Source: Centroscyllium fabricii (Eukaryota). From it: DNA of 64,000 nt. The stretch spans positions 41,850,001 to 41,914,000 of the forward strand of contig JBNRSN020000026.1 of NCBI GenBank assembly GCA_051313645.2, in the 5' to 3' direction. Below, in pieces: positions 1-12,627 of this stretch (position 1 is the first letter of the stretch; every line of letters begins with the position of its first letter). Both the position numbers and the translations under genes were made by a program. Below the pieces are notes generated by a model. The model saw nothing but the letters and a program-made list of their open reading frames with translations. It did not search any database and was not told the DNA's origin.

Positions 1-927
1 CCCCTTATTTATATTAGGAGCCCACTCCTTTACAATACAATGTATTCTTACACAGCAAGAAGTTCCGGCTTCACAATATAGTGCACTGTGTACACATACA
101 CCACATTTACACCAGTTGCTTTGTCAAGGCAAAACATGGAAATGGACTGCGCTGTGCAATGAAACTTTTGCCCAAGCAAAGAAAGCATTGCTGAAGTCGG
201 AGGTCCTGACACACTTCGACCGAAAGCTACCCTTGCAGCTAGCATGTGATGCATCACCATATGGGGTGGGAGCAGTCATATTCCACATCATGCCTTCTGG
301 TGAAGAGCAACCTATCGCCTTCGCATCACGCACCTTGAACAAGGCTGAGAGTAACTATGCACAGATTGAGCGCGAGGCATTGGGAATCGTTTTTGGAATT
401 TGAAAATGTCATCAGTACTTGTTTGGGAGAAGGTTCACACTCCTGATGGACCATCGTCCCTTGACATCAATCTTTGGGCCCCACACCGGAATTCCATCTC
501 TCACTGCAAGCAGGATGCAAAGATGGGCTTTGCTGTTGTTGGGGCACAAATACGACATCAAATATCGTAAATCAGAATTGCACGGCAATGCAGACGGTCC
601 TGCAAGGCTGCCCTTGCCTGTTACTCACCCAGAGCCTTGTCAGATAGACATCTTCTACTTCAGACAAGTTGAGGAAGCACCTGTCACTGCAGCCCAGGTG
701 CGAAGGCACACCCGCAATGATCCAGTGCTTGTAAAGTGTTCAACACATCGAGACAGAGACAGCTTGTGTGGGAGCAACCATTACTCAAAGCTCACTGTTT
801 ATTACACTTTCAATTTCCCTTTACCCTCTGTTTCCCCCTACTGGGCAGAGGGTAACTATCACCACATCTCCCTTTCTAAACAGACTTTGAACACAAAGGA
901 ATACTATTCCTTTACTGTTAACATTTT

Positions 928-1230
928 GGGCGGCACGGTGGCATAGTGGTTAGCACTGTTGCCTCACAGCGCTTGGGGCCCAGGTTCAAATCCGGCCTCG
1001 GGTGACTATCTGTGTGGAGTTTGCACATTCTCCCCATGTCTGCGTGGGTTTCCTCCGGAAGCTCCAGTTTCATCCCACAGTCCAAAGATGTGCAGGTTAG
1101 TTTGATTGACCCTTAGTGTTAGGGGGATTAAATATGTGGGGTTACGGGGATAGGGGGCGATATGTGTCGGTGCAGGCTCGATGAGCCGAAGTGGCCTCTA
1201 TGTGCACTGTAGGGATTCTATGATTCTATG
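928..1230 (+). mobile_element. HE1-like V-SINE, tail type 1
   Basis: tRNA head (GGTGGCATAGTGG, GGTTCAAATCC), V-domain TCTGTGTGGAGTTTGCAC, tail (ATTCTATG)n; absent from Gypsy B copy 2. Confidence 0.9.
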
Positions 1231-4200
1231 AAATCATTACTTTTTTATTGTGCTTAAGAAATAACACACTCTAACAAACTTAACAATTCTAACAAACATA
1301 ACATCTCCAATGCATCTCTTCTTTTTCCTTTTTTTTGTTGAAAAAACAAAAATAATGCAAGTAGAGTAAGCTTGGAGGGACACGGTAACTGCCTGAACCC
1401 TCCACCAAGTACCTCGGGTATTATTCTGACCCAATGAGGTGTCTTGGTTCTTAAGCTATTCATGTTGCAAAGTCCTGGAGGTATGAAGGAGGATTGTGGA
1501 TGCTTTCAGGGTATCGTCTGGAACCCAATGGAGGTGGGGTATCCCCTGTGGGTGGGGGAGTTCCAGGACCCGCATCCCCATTGTAGTCATCGGGAATGGA
1601 AGGCTGATCAGCGTCATGGGGCTGCTGTGTAAGTGCGAGGTGTCTACGGTTCCTGCGAACAATCTGGCCCTGGATATCAACCAGATACGATCTTGGGGTG
1701 TTGGCCTGTCCTTGCACAATGCCTCTTTTGCAGAAGTCCCATATCCACACATAGTCCATAGTCACCTGGAAGGAGTTGGCACAAGGGCTTAGCTCTGTGG
1801 CGACTGTTAAAGTTGGACTGTTGTCTTAATTTAGATTGTTTGTCCTTGTCTGTAAAATTCTGGAGGTCGGGCCAGCCTGGGCATTGTTGCATTTTACGTT
1901 GTAGTTGACCGCTTAATCCAGGCCGCCAGACAAAACACCTGGCTCGTGCTCTGCATTTTGTGATCCCTTGATGGCCATCATGCAGTTTGTCTATCTGCCT
2001 TGATGCTGAAATGACCGACTGGCACCCTCATAGCAGCAATCCTTGTGCAATAGTGAGGTCACCTGAAACAGCCGCGTAAGGGCTAAGAGCGTTGTCAAGT
2101 TTTGCATGATCTGGCAAGCCCTCATGGCAGTATGTGAAGACCTGACGAAGTAGTTCATCCGTTTCCTGTTCTTGACGAAGTGCAGCCAAGGGTTTCTCGG
2201 TTATGGGCAGTGCAGTGAGTATTGAGTATACATAATTCTCTATGCACTGTACCTCAGAGGAATCATCCACCGGCAGCTGGTAGGGAGCTCTGGAGAGGAC
2301 GTCGGCAGTTGCTAGGCTCTTCCCTGGCACATGTGATATAGTGAAGTAAAAGTGCCCGAGTCGCATCCGAAAGCGCTGAATGCGGGGGGACAACTCGTTC
2401 AGGTTATTAGATCCAAATAGTGTAAGGAGGGGCTTGTGATCTGTTTTGACCTGGAATGTCATGCCTATTAGGAAGTCTCTATAGTGCTCACATGCCCATG
2501 TAATGGCCAGGGCCTCTTTTTCAATCTGCACATAGTGCTGCTCTGTTTTTGAAAGAGCTCGTGAAGCATAGGCTACAGGGTGCCAGTCAGTGTCAGGTTT
2601 CTTTTGTAAAAGGACTGCACCCAAGCCAAATGATGAGGCATCAGCTGACACTTTAGTGAGTGTATTGGGGGTCATACAGTGCAAGGCCTGGCAGGGTGGT
2701 TAGCTCCGTCCTTATCTCAGTGAAAACTTGGGACTGCTGGGGTCCCCAATACCATGAGGTCTGCCTATTGAGGAGATCCTGGAGAGGTTTGGTTTTATTG
2801 GCTAGATGGGGTATCTGTTTGCCCAAGTGATTGACCAGGCCCATGAAATGGCGTATTTCAGATACATTGCTTAGCGCGGCCATGTGTGTGAGGGCCTTGA
2901 CTTTGTCAGGATCTGCTCTGCTCCGGTCCCGTCGATGACCTGGCCGAGAAATTTCACCTGTGTTTTGGCGAATTCACATTTGGAGTTAAGAGTAAGTCCA
3001 GCTTGTTGTAGTCTACCAAGAACAGTCGCTGATCATGCTGTTCTTGGGTTGCACCAAACACCAACACATCATCCATTTGGCATAAGGCACCATCAAGTCC
3101 CTCAAGGAGGTGGGACATGCGGCACTGGAAATGCTATGGGGTGGAGGATATTCCAAAGAGCAGTCTGTGGAAACAGTAACGTCCGAATGGTATGATGAAA
3201 ATGGGAAGTCATTTTCACTCCTCTATCAAGGGTATTTGCCAGAAACCAGATTGAGCGTCAAGCTTTGTAAAAAACCTTTGCATCTTTCAGCTGCCCCAGA
3301 GTGTGCTCTATGCAGGGTAAGAGCTGCAGCTCTCTACAGACATTTTCATTGAGTTATGTTAGGTCTACGCAGATTCTGATTTTTCCGTTGGGTTTTGGGA
3401 CTACAACCATTCCGGAGCACTAGCCTGTGGGTTCCTCAACTCTTGCAATTATCCCCAGTTGCTCCATGTGGGTGAGTTCCTCCCTACCTTTGGTCATAAG
3501 GGGGAGCGAGACACGTTGGGGTGTAGAGAGAGCAAAGGTTTTGGCCTCCGGCTTGAGGTGAATGTGATACTCCTCTTGCAGTCACCCAATGCCTTGAAAC
3601 AGTCTGGGGAACCACTGTCTGACCTCCTGTTCGAGGTCCGTAGATACTGTCTCTGCTCCTTGTGGGACCAACCTGGATACCAGATGCAGGGAAATGATGG
3701 CGGGGCAACCGCGGAGCGCTGTCCGTAAACCGCGTACCACATACACAACCTGCTTTGTAGACCATCGACCACGGGTCAAAGTAGCTGAAAATTTTCCTCT
3801 GACATTCAACGTGACTTGACCAGGCCCCTGAAGAATCTTAGAGGTGCTCTGAAGAGCCTCTCGACCTAAGTCATTGTAGAGGCACTCCGGGATGACAGTG
3901 ACATCAGCCCCGTATCGATTTTGAATTCAGTCATGTGATCACACAGGTTTAGGGTGATGTTCCACGGCTGGTCCTTCCCATCTCCAATTGACCCCAGGAA
4001 CGCGATCTCATTGTCGTCGTCCTCTGATATTTCAGCAACTGCAGGTGTGGATCGGCAAACTGCAGCAAAATGTCCCTTTTTCTGGCAATTCCTGCAGCTA
4101 ACATCTTTGGCTGGACAGATTTGTCTATTGTGTGTACTCCGGCCACACCATCTGCAACTCCGCTTTTGTGCTTGGAAATGTGTTCCAGTTTGAGTTCCAG

Positions 4201-4291
4201 TGTGAGGCCTCTGTACATATTCACGTGAGTCAGTTTATCTTGATTTGGTATTAAAATGTTTTTGGGGGCCTGCTTGTCGGGGGGGCACTTA

Positions 4292-4775
4292 TTTCTTAAT
4301 TTTTTTTAATTCTATTCATTGATGGGATGTGGGCATCGCTGGCTGGCTAGGCCTACATTTTAGTGCCCATCCTAATTGCCCTTGAGAAGATGGTGGTGAG
4401 CCGCCTTCTTGAACCGCTGCAATCTTACTGTTTTTTTCATAGCGGTTGTTTACAACTGAGTGGCTTGCTATGCCATGTCAGAGGGCATTAAGAATCAACC
4501 ACATTGCTATGGGTCTGGAGTCACATGTAGGCCAGACCAGGTAAGGGCAGCAGATTTCCTTCCCTAAAGGACATTAGTGAACCAGATGGGTTTTTGCAAC
4601 AATCGGCAAAGGTATCATGGTCGCCATTACTAAGACTAACATTTAATTCCAGAATTAAATTGAATTTAAATTCCACCAGCTGCCGTGGTGGGATTGGAAC
4701 CCATATTCTCAGAGCATTTGACTGAGCCTCTGGCTTACTAGTCTAGTGACATAACCACTACATCACCGCCTCCCC
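4292..4775 (-). mobile_element. tRNA-derived SINE sharing its 3' tail with the LINE fragments at 18690-19370 and 33015-34415
   Basis: Minus-strand head GGGGAGGCGGTGATGTAGTGG and B-box-like GGTTCCAATCCC; tail GGGCAATTAGGATGGGC..CCCACATCCCA plus A-rich end; absent from Gypsy B copy 2. Confidence 0.8.
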
Positions 4776-4987
4776 ATGTGGTTTCAATGGAATCCTCCTC
4801 CTCATTACTATCTTTCTGAAGCATTCTGAAGAATGACCATCGTCCTGTAGCACTCACCTCTGTTGCCATGAAGTGCTTTGAGAGGCTAATCAAAGATTAT
4901 ATCTGTTCCTCTCTATCCAGCACCCTGGATCCACTGTAGTTTGCCTACAGCCCCAATAGATCCACAGGCGATGCCATCACACACGTC

Positions 4988-6022
4988 ATGCATACCGCCC
5001 TATCCCACCTGGACAACAGAAAGGGGAACTATGTGAGGATGCTGTTTATTGGCTATAGTTCAGCTTTCAACACCATAGTCCCCTCCAAGCTTGGCACCAA
5101 GCTCAGGGACCTGGGACTGCACAGCTCCCTGTGTAACTGGATCCTCGACTTCCTGACGGGTAGATCCCAGGTGGTGAGTGTAGGCAGCTACACCTTATCG
5201 ACTATCATCCTCAATACTGGGGCCCCCCAAGGCTGTGTCCTGAGTCCCCTCCTGTACTCCTTGTACACACACGACTGTGTGGCCATGCATGACTCCAACA
5301 CTATCGTCAAGTTTGCTGACGATACATTTGTAGTGGGCCTGATCACCAACAATGACGAGAAGGCCCATCTGAAGGAAGTGGAGAAGCTGTCACTGTGGTG
5401 CCAGGACAACAACCTCTTCCTGAACGTCAGCAAGACTAAGGAGCTGATAGTAGACTTTGTGAGGAAGCAGGAGAGGTACTATAAGTCTCTCAAGATTGAT
5501 GGGACCCCAGTAGAGAGGGTGAGTAATTTCAGATACCTCGGGGTCCATCTTTCTGATGACCTGACATGGTCCCTTCATATAGACACCTTGGTGAAGAAGG
5601 CGCAGCAGCATCTTTACCATCTCAGAAGCCTGAGGAAATTTAGAATGTCCCCCCAAATACTAAAGAACTTTTATAAATGTGCTATTGAGAGTATCCTGTC
5701 AGGGAGCATCACCGCCTGGTATGGCAACAGCACTATACAAGACCGTAGGGCCCTGCAGAGGGCAGTACGGTCGGCAGAACGTACCACCGGGGGTGCACTC
5801 CCTAACCTACAGGATATCTACACCAGGCGGTGCATGACTAAGGCTAAGAAGGTCATTAATGATTCTAGTCACCTGAACAATGGCCTCTTCTCACTGCTGC
5901 GGTCAGGAAAACGCTACCGCAGCATTAAGACAAACACAGAGAGGCCTAGGAGGAGCCTTTACCCCCAAGCCATCCGGATCCTAAATGAAGACGCTGCCAA
6001 GGGTCGGCATACTGACAATTGA
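4988..6022 (+). pseudogene. Rex1/Babar reverse transcriptase C-terminal part (344 aa)
   Basis: [42 protein letters not shown] motifs; no endonuclease N-terminus. Confidence 0.85.
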
Positions 6023-6046
6023 ATGCCTTTTCTTCTTATAATTATT

Positions 6047-6884
6047 GGGCCAGAAATTCCGATGCCTAAAGCAGATGCCCACGGCGATGCCCACGAAAAA
6101 TGCCCACGGATCCGAGATGCCCACGGATCCGAAATTTCTGATGCTGAGGGAGAAGAGCCCTCAGCATAATACCCAGGAATGAGTTGCACCCAAAAATTCC
6201 GATTCAAAAAGGGTCAAAAAGGGTCATTTTTTTCCGTGATTCTGTGGGCAACGGAGCCCACAGATGCACTTGAAAAAAGCTGGAGTAACTCGTTGGTGAG
6301 GTAGAGAGAAATGTTCATAAGCATGGTAAGTTAATTTTTTAACTTTAATTTAAATGTTTTACAGTTTTTGGGAGTAGTGTGGCCAGATCGGTAGCGTTAA
6401 ATTTTTAAGTTAAAGTTTTTTTTTAAATTTAACAAATCTGATTTTAAGTTAATTTACCTGTTTGAAATCGCTAATTTTTAAAGTTAAATTTCTGAAATTT
6501 TTAACTCTCTAGCTAATTTTAAAAAAATTAAGAGGAAAAAATGGCTGACTTACCTTCCGTTTCTTCCTCTGTGAAGCTGCTGTGCCCCCGCGCTGCTCCC
6601 CGCGAGTCTGTTGTGCAGCTCCGCACTTACCTGCTCTCACAAAGGTACGACTCGGGATCTGTTCATTTAAATTAGGGATCTGGGGGGCGTTTTTTTTTTA
6701 AATTTGGGATCTGTGGGCGGGGCTTACACTTCGCACGTAACGTGGCTGGACTGCCACGTTGCGAACGAAGGGGGCGGAGCCAATCGGAAATTCTGAGAAA
6801 AAAAAACTCAGATGTTGCTGGGCTTCGTTAGTGCTCCGCATGGTCCTAGTTGCCCTCCAACCGGCAAACCCGAATTTCTGGCCC
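6047..6884. mobile_element. PIF/Harbinger-type MITE
   Basis: TIR GGGCCAGAAATTC/GAATTTCTGGCCC, 3-bp TSD ATT; absent from the second Rex1 copy. Confidence 0.85.
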
Positions 6885-9309
6885 ATTAATTTATTATTTG
6901 GACTTATTGCTATCCGGAGAGCACAGACATGGAGCTTGCGACTAAGCATTTCACTGCACTTTGTACATGTATAATAATGTCTGTGACAAGTAAAGTAAAC
7001 TTGTAACTTGTAACTTGATTGCTGTTTCTTTATTGTTTCACTTTGCAAAACCTGTGTTTTTGCTTTGTCAACTGTGAGGTCTGGATCTATCTGTAATTTT
7101 CCAGTGGGTTTAAAATTCCTTAGTCCAACAACCAATCTGTCACGAACTAGTTCATCCCGCATATTTCCATATTCACAGTGTTCGATGAGTTCATATAGCG
7201 CTTTGAAGAAGCTATCGCACGATTCCCCCCTCTCCTGCATGCGCCTATGGAATCTTGCGCATTCGAATATCAAATTCCTCCGTGGGATGAAATGATTAGA
7301 CAACTCCATTTTAGCTGTGTCATAGCTTTTCAGTTGATCAGGTGTAATATTCTTGCACCGGGCAATCGCTTCAGCCTCCGCTCCCCTGGAATATAATAGC
7401 GTATTGATCTATTTTTCCTGTGACTGTTTTTCAAGGTCCGAAGCCTGTCTGAAACATTCAAATCTGCTGATCTACAACTGCCACTCTTCTGGCAGTGTAA
7501 ATCATATTCAGAGCGGGGAGAAATCTGAAAGAATGCAGGACTTTGAGTGGCCATGATAGTAAGCTAAGCAACGTGGGGTAAGTACACTTTTTTTTTCTCT
7601 CAGTCTCTCCTGGTTTCTCCGTCCTGGCTTAAATGGCTATCGGAAACTTTCACTCACCGGAAGCTGACTGGTTTCACTGGGGAATTTAGTTCCATTGTGG
7701 GTTCAGATCTCAATTCTGACACCATGTAAAGTGTTCAACACATCGAGACAGAGACAGCTTGTATGGGAGCAGCCATTACTCGAAGCTCACTGTTTATTAT
7801 GCTTTCACTTTCCCTTTACCCTGTGTTGCCCCCTACTGGGCAGAGGGTAACTATCACCACAGTTCTGTCTGAGGTAATGGACGATGTCATTCGAGGGGAG
7901 CTATAGGAGATTCTCCTCGGTTGAAACATTACGTTTCAAAAAGAAATGAGCTCTCCGTCCAGGCAGGTTATCTTCTCTGGGGACACCATGTCATCATTCC
8001 GCCACCTCTGAGGGAATCTGTACTGCAACAATTTCATGCAGGCCACAGTGGAACGGTTCGGATGAAGGAAATAGGCCAGAAGCTACTTCTGGTGGCCAGG
8101 TCTCGATGGAAACATTGAGGAGAAATCCAAAACATGTTCCTCATGTCAAAGGGTCCAGAATATTCCACAGCTGGCACCCCTACAACCCTGGGATTGGCCT
8201 GAAGAAGTGTGGCAGCGCGTACATCTGGATTTTGCCGGTCCTTTCGAAGAGAAGATGTTTATGGTGGTTGTGGATGCTCGTTGCAAGTGGCCGGAGGTCG
8301 CTGTGATGAGGCCTACTATCGCAGAGAAAACAATTGAGAAACTCAGTGAGATGTTCAGCCATTATGGCTCACCAGAGCAACTCGTAAGTGACACTGGTCC
8401 ACAATTTGTGTCACAGGAGTTTGCAACTTTCCTGCAAGTGAATGGTGTCAAACACATCAGGTCTGCACCCTACCATCCCTCTACTAATGGCCTGGCAGAA
8501 AGGTTCGTGCAAACTTTGAAGCACACCTTGAAAGCATCGCAAGGTCAGGGCTCAATCCACCAACATCTGAACAGATTCCTGTTGTCCTACAGGAACGAGC
8601 CGCATGCCACAACCAAAACTTCTCCTGCTTCGCTTATGATGAAGAGGCAGTTGTGGACAAGTTTTGACTTACTCAAACCTCCAAGGACAGAGCAGGTTGT
8701 CCAACGTCAACAACAAGCTCAAGTTGAATGAACGGAGATAAGAGCCAAGGAGTGATGGTTTCATCCTGGAGAGCAAGTCCTAGCTCGAAACTACAACACT
8801 GGACCGAAATGGGTTCCTGCAACGGTGATCACGCAGACGGGCCCTGTGTCGTACATGGTTGAGACTGCTGAGGACATCATCTGGAGAAGACACACTGGTC
8901 AACTGTTGCTAGGAGCAGAGACAGCCACCGAGGCTCCAAAGGCTGATCGGCCTGAACTGTTTCCGGATGACACCGCAAACCAGCATCCTTCTGCACAGTG
9001 CTCTTCTCCAACACAGGAAGTCAAAGAGACTGTTCCACCTGTATGAACTCCTGACTTTCGACTAACACAGGCACCTTCTCCATCCAGTCCTGTGTCAATG
9101 TCCGCCAGTATCCTGTCAGAGAGCGGCGGCCTCCAAGATGCTTGGATCTGTAGACTTAACCACTTACCCGCAAGACTGGGGCAGAATAAACAACAGGGTA
9201 AAGTCAGGGTTTGAGGCAGTCTACCTCTACCCTTAGTTAGTTGAGTGCATTGGAAGTAATTTACTTGTTGAGGAATAATGGGGACATTTTATTTAAGGGG
9301 GGAGGAATA

Positions 9310-9500
9310 TGTTATGTATGATGTGTATGTATGTGTTATCCTCCCACCTGTGGTGGCGCTGCTACAGCACTGCTACAGCCATGAGGTTCTTTTACTTTTA
9401 CTTTCACTTTCTCTTTTACTGTTTATTAAACTAAACAGCATTTTACAGCTCTGTAGTTTGAATTCTCTTTGTGTTTAAGTAGAAAGACTTAGATACAATA
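9310..9500 (+). repeat. 3' LTR of Gypsy A
   Basis: Starts TGTTATG directly after the PPT and contains ATTAAA; 3' boundary approximate. Confidence 0.6.
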
Positions 9501-9739
9501 CTGGCATCCTCTGCTATCTCCAGCCATGCCTTCTTCGTAAGTAAAGCTGGCTTCTTCCTCCTGTCAGCAGGGAATAAAACCTCGCTGCATGAGGTCCAGG
9601 GAGGCATTACTAAAGTGAGGGGAAACTTTGGAATATTGATAATCCATTGTTAGCACCTACCAATCGTTCTTCCACCTGCTCAATCCTTCAACTGTCATCT
9701 TTGCAGTGTTCCTTAAAATACCTCAGTCAAAATACCTCG

Positions 9740-10532
9740 GGCAAAAACGGGAGGGCAAATTATCATTTAAATGGCAATAGATTGGGAGATGGGGAAGTAC
9801 AGCGAGACCTGGGTGTTCTTGTGCACCAGTCATTGAAGGCGAGCATGCAGGTGCAACAGGCGGTCAGGAAGGCAAATGGTATGCTGGCCTTCATATCAAA
9901 AGGGTTAGAATACAGGAACAAGGACACCTTACTACAGCTGTACAGGGCACTGGTGAGACCACACCTCGAGTACTGTGTGCAGTTTTGGTCGCCTCATCTG
10001 AGGAAGGATGTTCTTGCCATGGAAGGAGTGCAGCGGCGATTCACCAGGCTGATACCAGGAATGGCAGGAATGACCTATGAGGAGAGACTATGTAGTTTGG
10101 GGATGTACACACTGGAGTTTAGAAGATTGAGAGGGGATCTCATAGAAACATATAAAATTCTGACAGGCCTGGACAGACTAGATGCAGAAGGAATGTTTCC
10201 GATGGCAGGAGAGTATAGAACTAGGGGACACAGTTTAAGGATAAGGGCTAAACCATTTAGGACAGAGATGAGGAGGAATTTCTTCACCCAGAGAGTGGTG
10301 AACCTGTGGAACTCACTGCCACAAAGGGCAGTGGACGCCAGCTCATTAAACATATTTAAGAGGGAATTAGATATATTTCTGCAGGCAAAAGGGGTTAAAG
10401 GTTACGGAGAGAAGGCAGGGACGGGATACTGAACTGAAGGATCAGCCATGATCTCATTGAATGGCGGAGCAGGCTCGAAGGGCCGAATGGCCTACTCCTG
10501 CTCCTATCATCTATGTATCTATGTATCTATGT
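9740..10532 (+). mobile_element. 5'-truncated CR1 (HER1-like) LINE
   Basis: ORF with LYRALVRPHLEYCVQFWSP and NFFTQRVVNLWNSLP; 3' stem-loop plus (TATCTATG)n. Confidence 0.92.
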
Positions 10533-10880
10533 AAAATAGACCCGTGTGTGTCGTCATCACGCCCACTCACGTTATTTGGTCGGGAAACCCGAAGGTCATG
10601 TTCAAATGCATTGGCTGGTTCTAAAAGCCACTGACAAACACACTGCAGGTACTTCTGGGTTTTCCACACGCTACCAGACGCACCCCCCACCCCCCCCCCC
10701 CGCATCTCCCTGACCCTGTTCCTAGCGCGTCTTCAGGTAAATATTCCGGCCCTCGTGTCCACACATATACACTTTCCAGCAGGGCTCACTGCATAGCAAT
10801 CAGAGGCTGAAAGCTTAGCTGATATTTACCTTCCCTAGCCTGGGAGCACTGAAGCCAAGAGTGGAGCCTCAATCAGTATA

Positions 10881-11761
10881 CAGGTTGAGCACCGTTAATC
10901 CGGTAACCGAATAGCCGGCAGCTTCAGTCTGCCGGCACAAATTGCCCCGACTGCACTGCGCATGCGCAAAATGGCAGCCGCCATCGTGGCTTCAACGAAT
11001 GATCTGCGCATGCGCCGAGCGCATGCGCAGATCATTCAAAACAGCTGCGGGTGTTTTGAATGATCTGCGCATGCGTCGCCGGAAGGTTAGCGCATGCGCA
11101 GATAATTCAATACGGCCGCCGGTTATTTTATCGATAACTGTAATTGAAGCCATGATGTGGAGGTGCTGGTGTTGGACTGGGATGGACAATTGTAAGAAGC
11201 CACACAGCACCAGGCTGTAGTCCAAAAGTCCCACTCGAAATCACGGGCCTTCGGAGCGCCGCTCCCCCATCACCTGACGGGGAAGCGGCGCTCCGAAAGC
11301 CCGTGACCCCAACTAAAACCGTTGGACCACAGCCTGGCGCCGTGTGACCTCTTACAATTGAAAGCAAAACAGGGGATTGGATAAATTGCCCCCCCGCCGA
11401 CCCGCGCCACCCTCCTTTCCCCCCCCCCCACCCGACCCGACCCGCGCCTTCCTCCTTCCCCCCCCCCCCCGACCCGCGCCACCCTCCTGCCTCCCCCCGC
11501 AAGACCGGCCTTTCACTGCTGCCCGACAGCCCTAAAACCTAAACGGAACGCCACAAAAGCCTGAGCCCATCAAAAAACTTCGCGGCGGCCAATATTGGAC
11601 GATCTGCGCATGCGCGCGCCAGCCAATACCAATGTTGCGCGCATGCGCGCTGCCATTTTGACTGGTGCGCATGCGCAGTGTCCAAACTCGTTCTCCCGGT
11701 TTTTTCCATTTCCCGGCACGGGCCTGGTCCCGCCCGTGCCCGATTAACGGTGCTCAACCTG
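10881..11761. mobile_element. Tc1/mariner (Tigger/pogo-like) MITE containing a Penelope hairpin
   Basis: TIR CAGGTTGAGCACCGTTAATC at both ends, TA TSD. Confidence 0.85.
11152..11359. mobile_element. Penelope-like hairpin insertion, hypermutated
   Basis: Homologous to 17288-17454 and 35532-35867; inverted arms of about 85 bp plus a 36-nt unpaired extension. Confidence 0.8.
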
Positions 11762-12627
11762 TACTGAGATCCACAAACCCAGCACAAATCCTGCTCTGTA
11801 AGGGCCATTACCAATTACAAGGTGCAAATTACCCATTAGCAACTGAGGAGCCCGACTGCTGTTCATTTTCACTTTGAAACAGTTAATAACCATTGATAAT
11901 GCAAAGCCCATAGGTTCTTTTAACAGGGAATAAGAGTGTTGCATGAAAAAGAACAATAATAAAGGGCATGGAGAGTGAGCAGGAGATTGGAATTAGACTA
12001 GATGGCTCATGTGCAGAAAAACATTGATGCAAGAGTTAATAGGATGTATGACCTATTTCAATGCGATAACATTTAAATTATGCTGCCAGATGTATTCCAG
12101 TCACAGCAATAATAGAATAGCCATGATTAGTACTTAATTTACTGACAAAGGATGCAGGGGTTTATTGACCACCTATAGAGACCCTGTTATCATCTTTATA
12201 ACACAACAGGGGGCCAATTTTGATATGACCTTTTTCATCAGGCAAGACGCAGACAGAGAGAGCCTGTGGCCTGCCCAATGAAAGCAGTCACAGGCCCAAA
12301 CCATTTTGACAGTTTGAAGGGATAATTACTAGTCCTAGCCCCTTTAGGGCTAGTCTGGATCAAGCGTATTCCTCAGACATTCACTTTCAACTAAAGGTTG
12401 AGTTAGCCGAATCCTAAAGAAGCTTAATTGGGTCTGGACTATCTCGCCCTAAAGAAAAGGAACAACCTGAAAATGTTACCGTCCTCCAGATAGCAATTTT
12501 AATAAGTTTATCTCCTTATGGCCAAGGGGTATGGACAGTAATTCTTCTGGATAAAAAGAATAGGAATCTCAAAGTCCCTGCTACTATCACCATCACAGCT
12601 GAGGATTGTCGGGATGTTCCTTTTTTA

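Larger units (their letters stand above)
4826..7017 (+). mobile_element. 5'-truncated Rex1/Babar LINE
   Basis: RT ORF 4988-6022; 3' UTR ending (TAACTTG)n; inserted in gag of Gypsy B; second copy at 22570. Confidence 0.85.
730..7861 (-). mobile_element. Gypsy B copy 1 (gag-PR-RT-RH, integrase core deleted) with nested SINEs, Rex1 and MITE
   Basis: 137-bp TG..CA LTRs at 730-866 and 7725-7861 (about 8 mismatches). PBS TGGTGTCAGAA (tRNA-Leu-like), PPT AGAAAGGGAGA, TSD GTGCT/GTTCT. ORFs 7330-7554 and 6698-7309 (gag), 2028-2684 (RH). Confidence 0.92.
1..9500 (+). mobile_element. Ty3/Gypsy LTR retrotransposon A (3' part: RT end-RNase H-integrase-3' LTR), interrupted by Gypsy B at 730-7861
   Basis: ORFs 116-403 (LACDASPYGVGAV, NYAQIEREAL), 419-729 and 8207-8731 (WQRVHLDFAGP, SDTGPQF, YHPSTNGLAERFV). 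The peptide reads NDPV|LSEVM across the insertion. PPT AAGGGGGGAGGAA lies just before TG at 9310. Confidence 0.9.

Noticed and set aside
928-1000. tRNA gene
   Set aside because: A/B boxes are SINE heads followed by a V-domain; no complete cloverleaf
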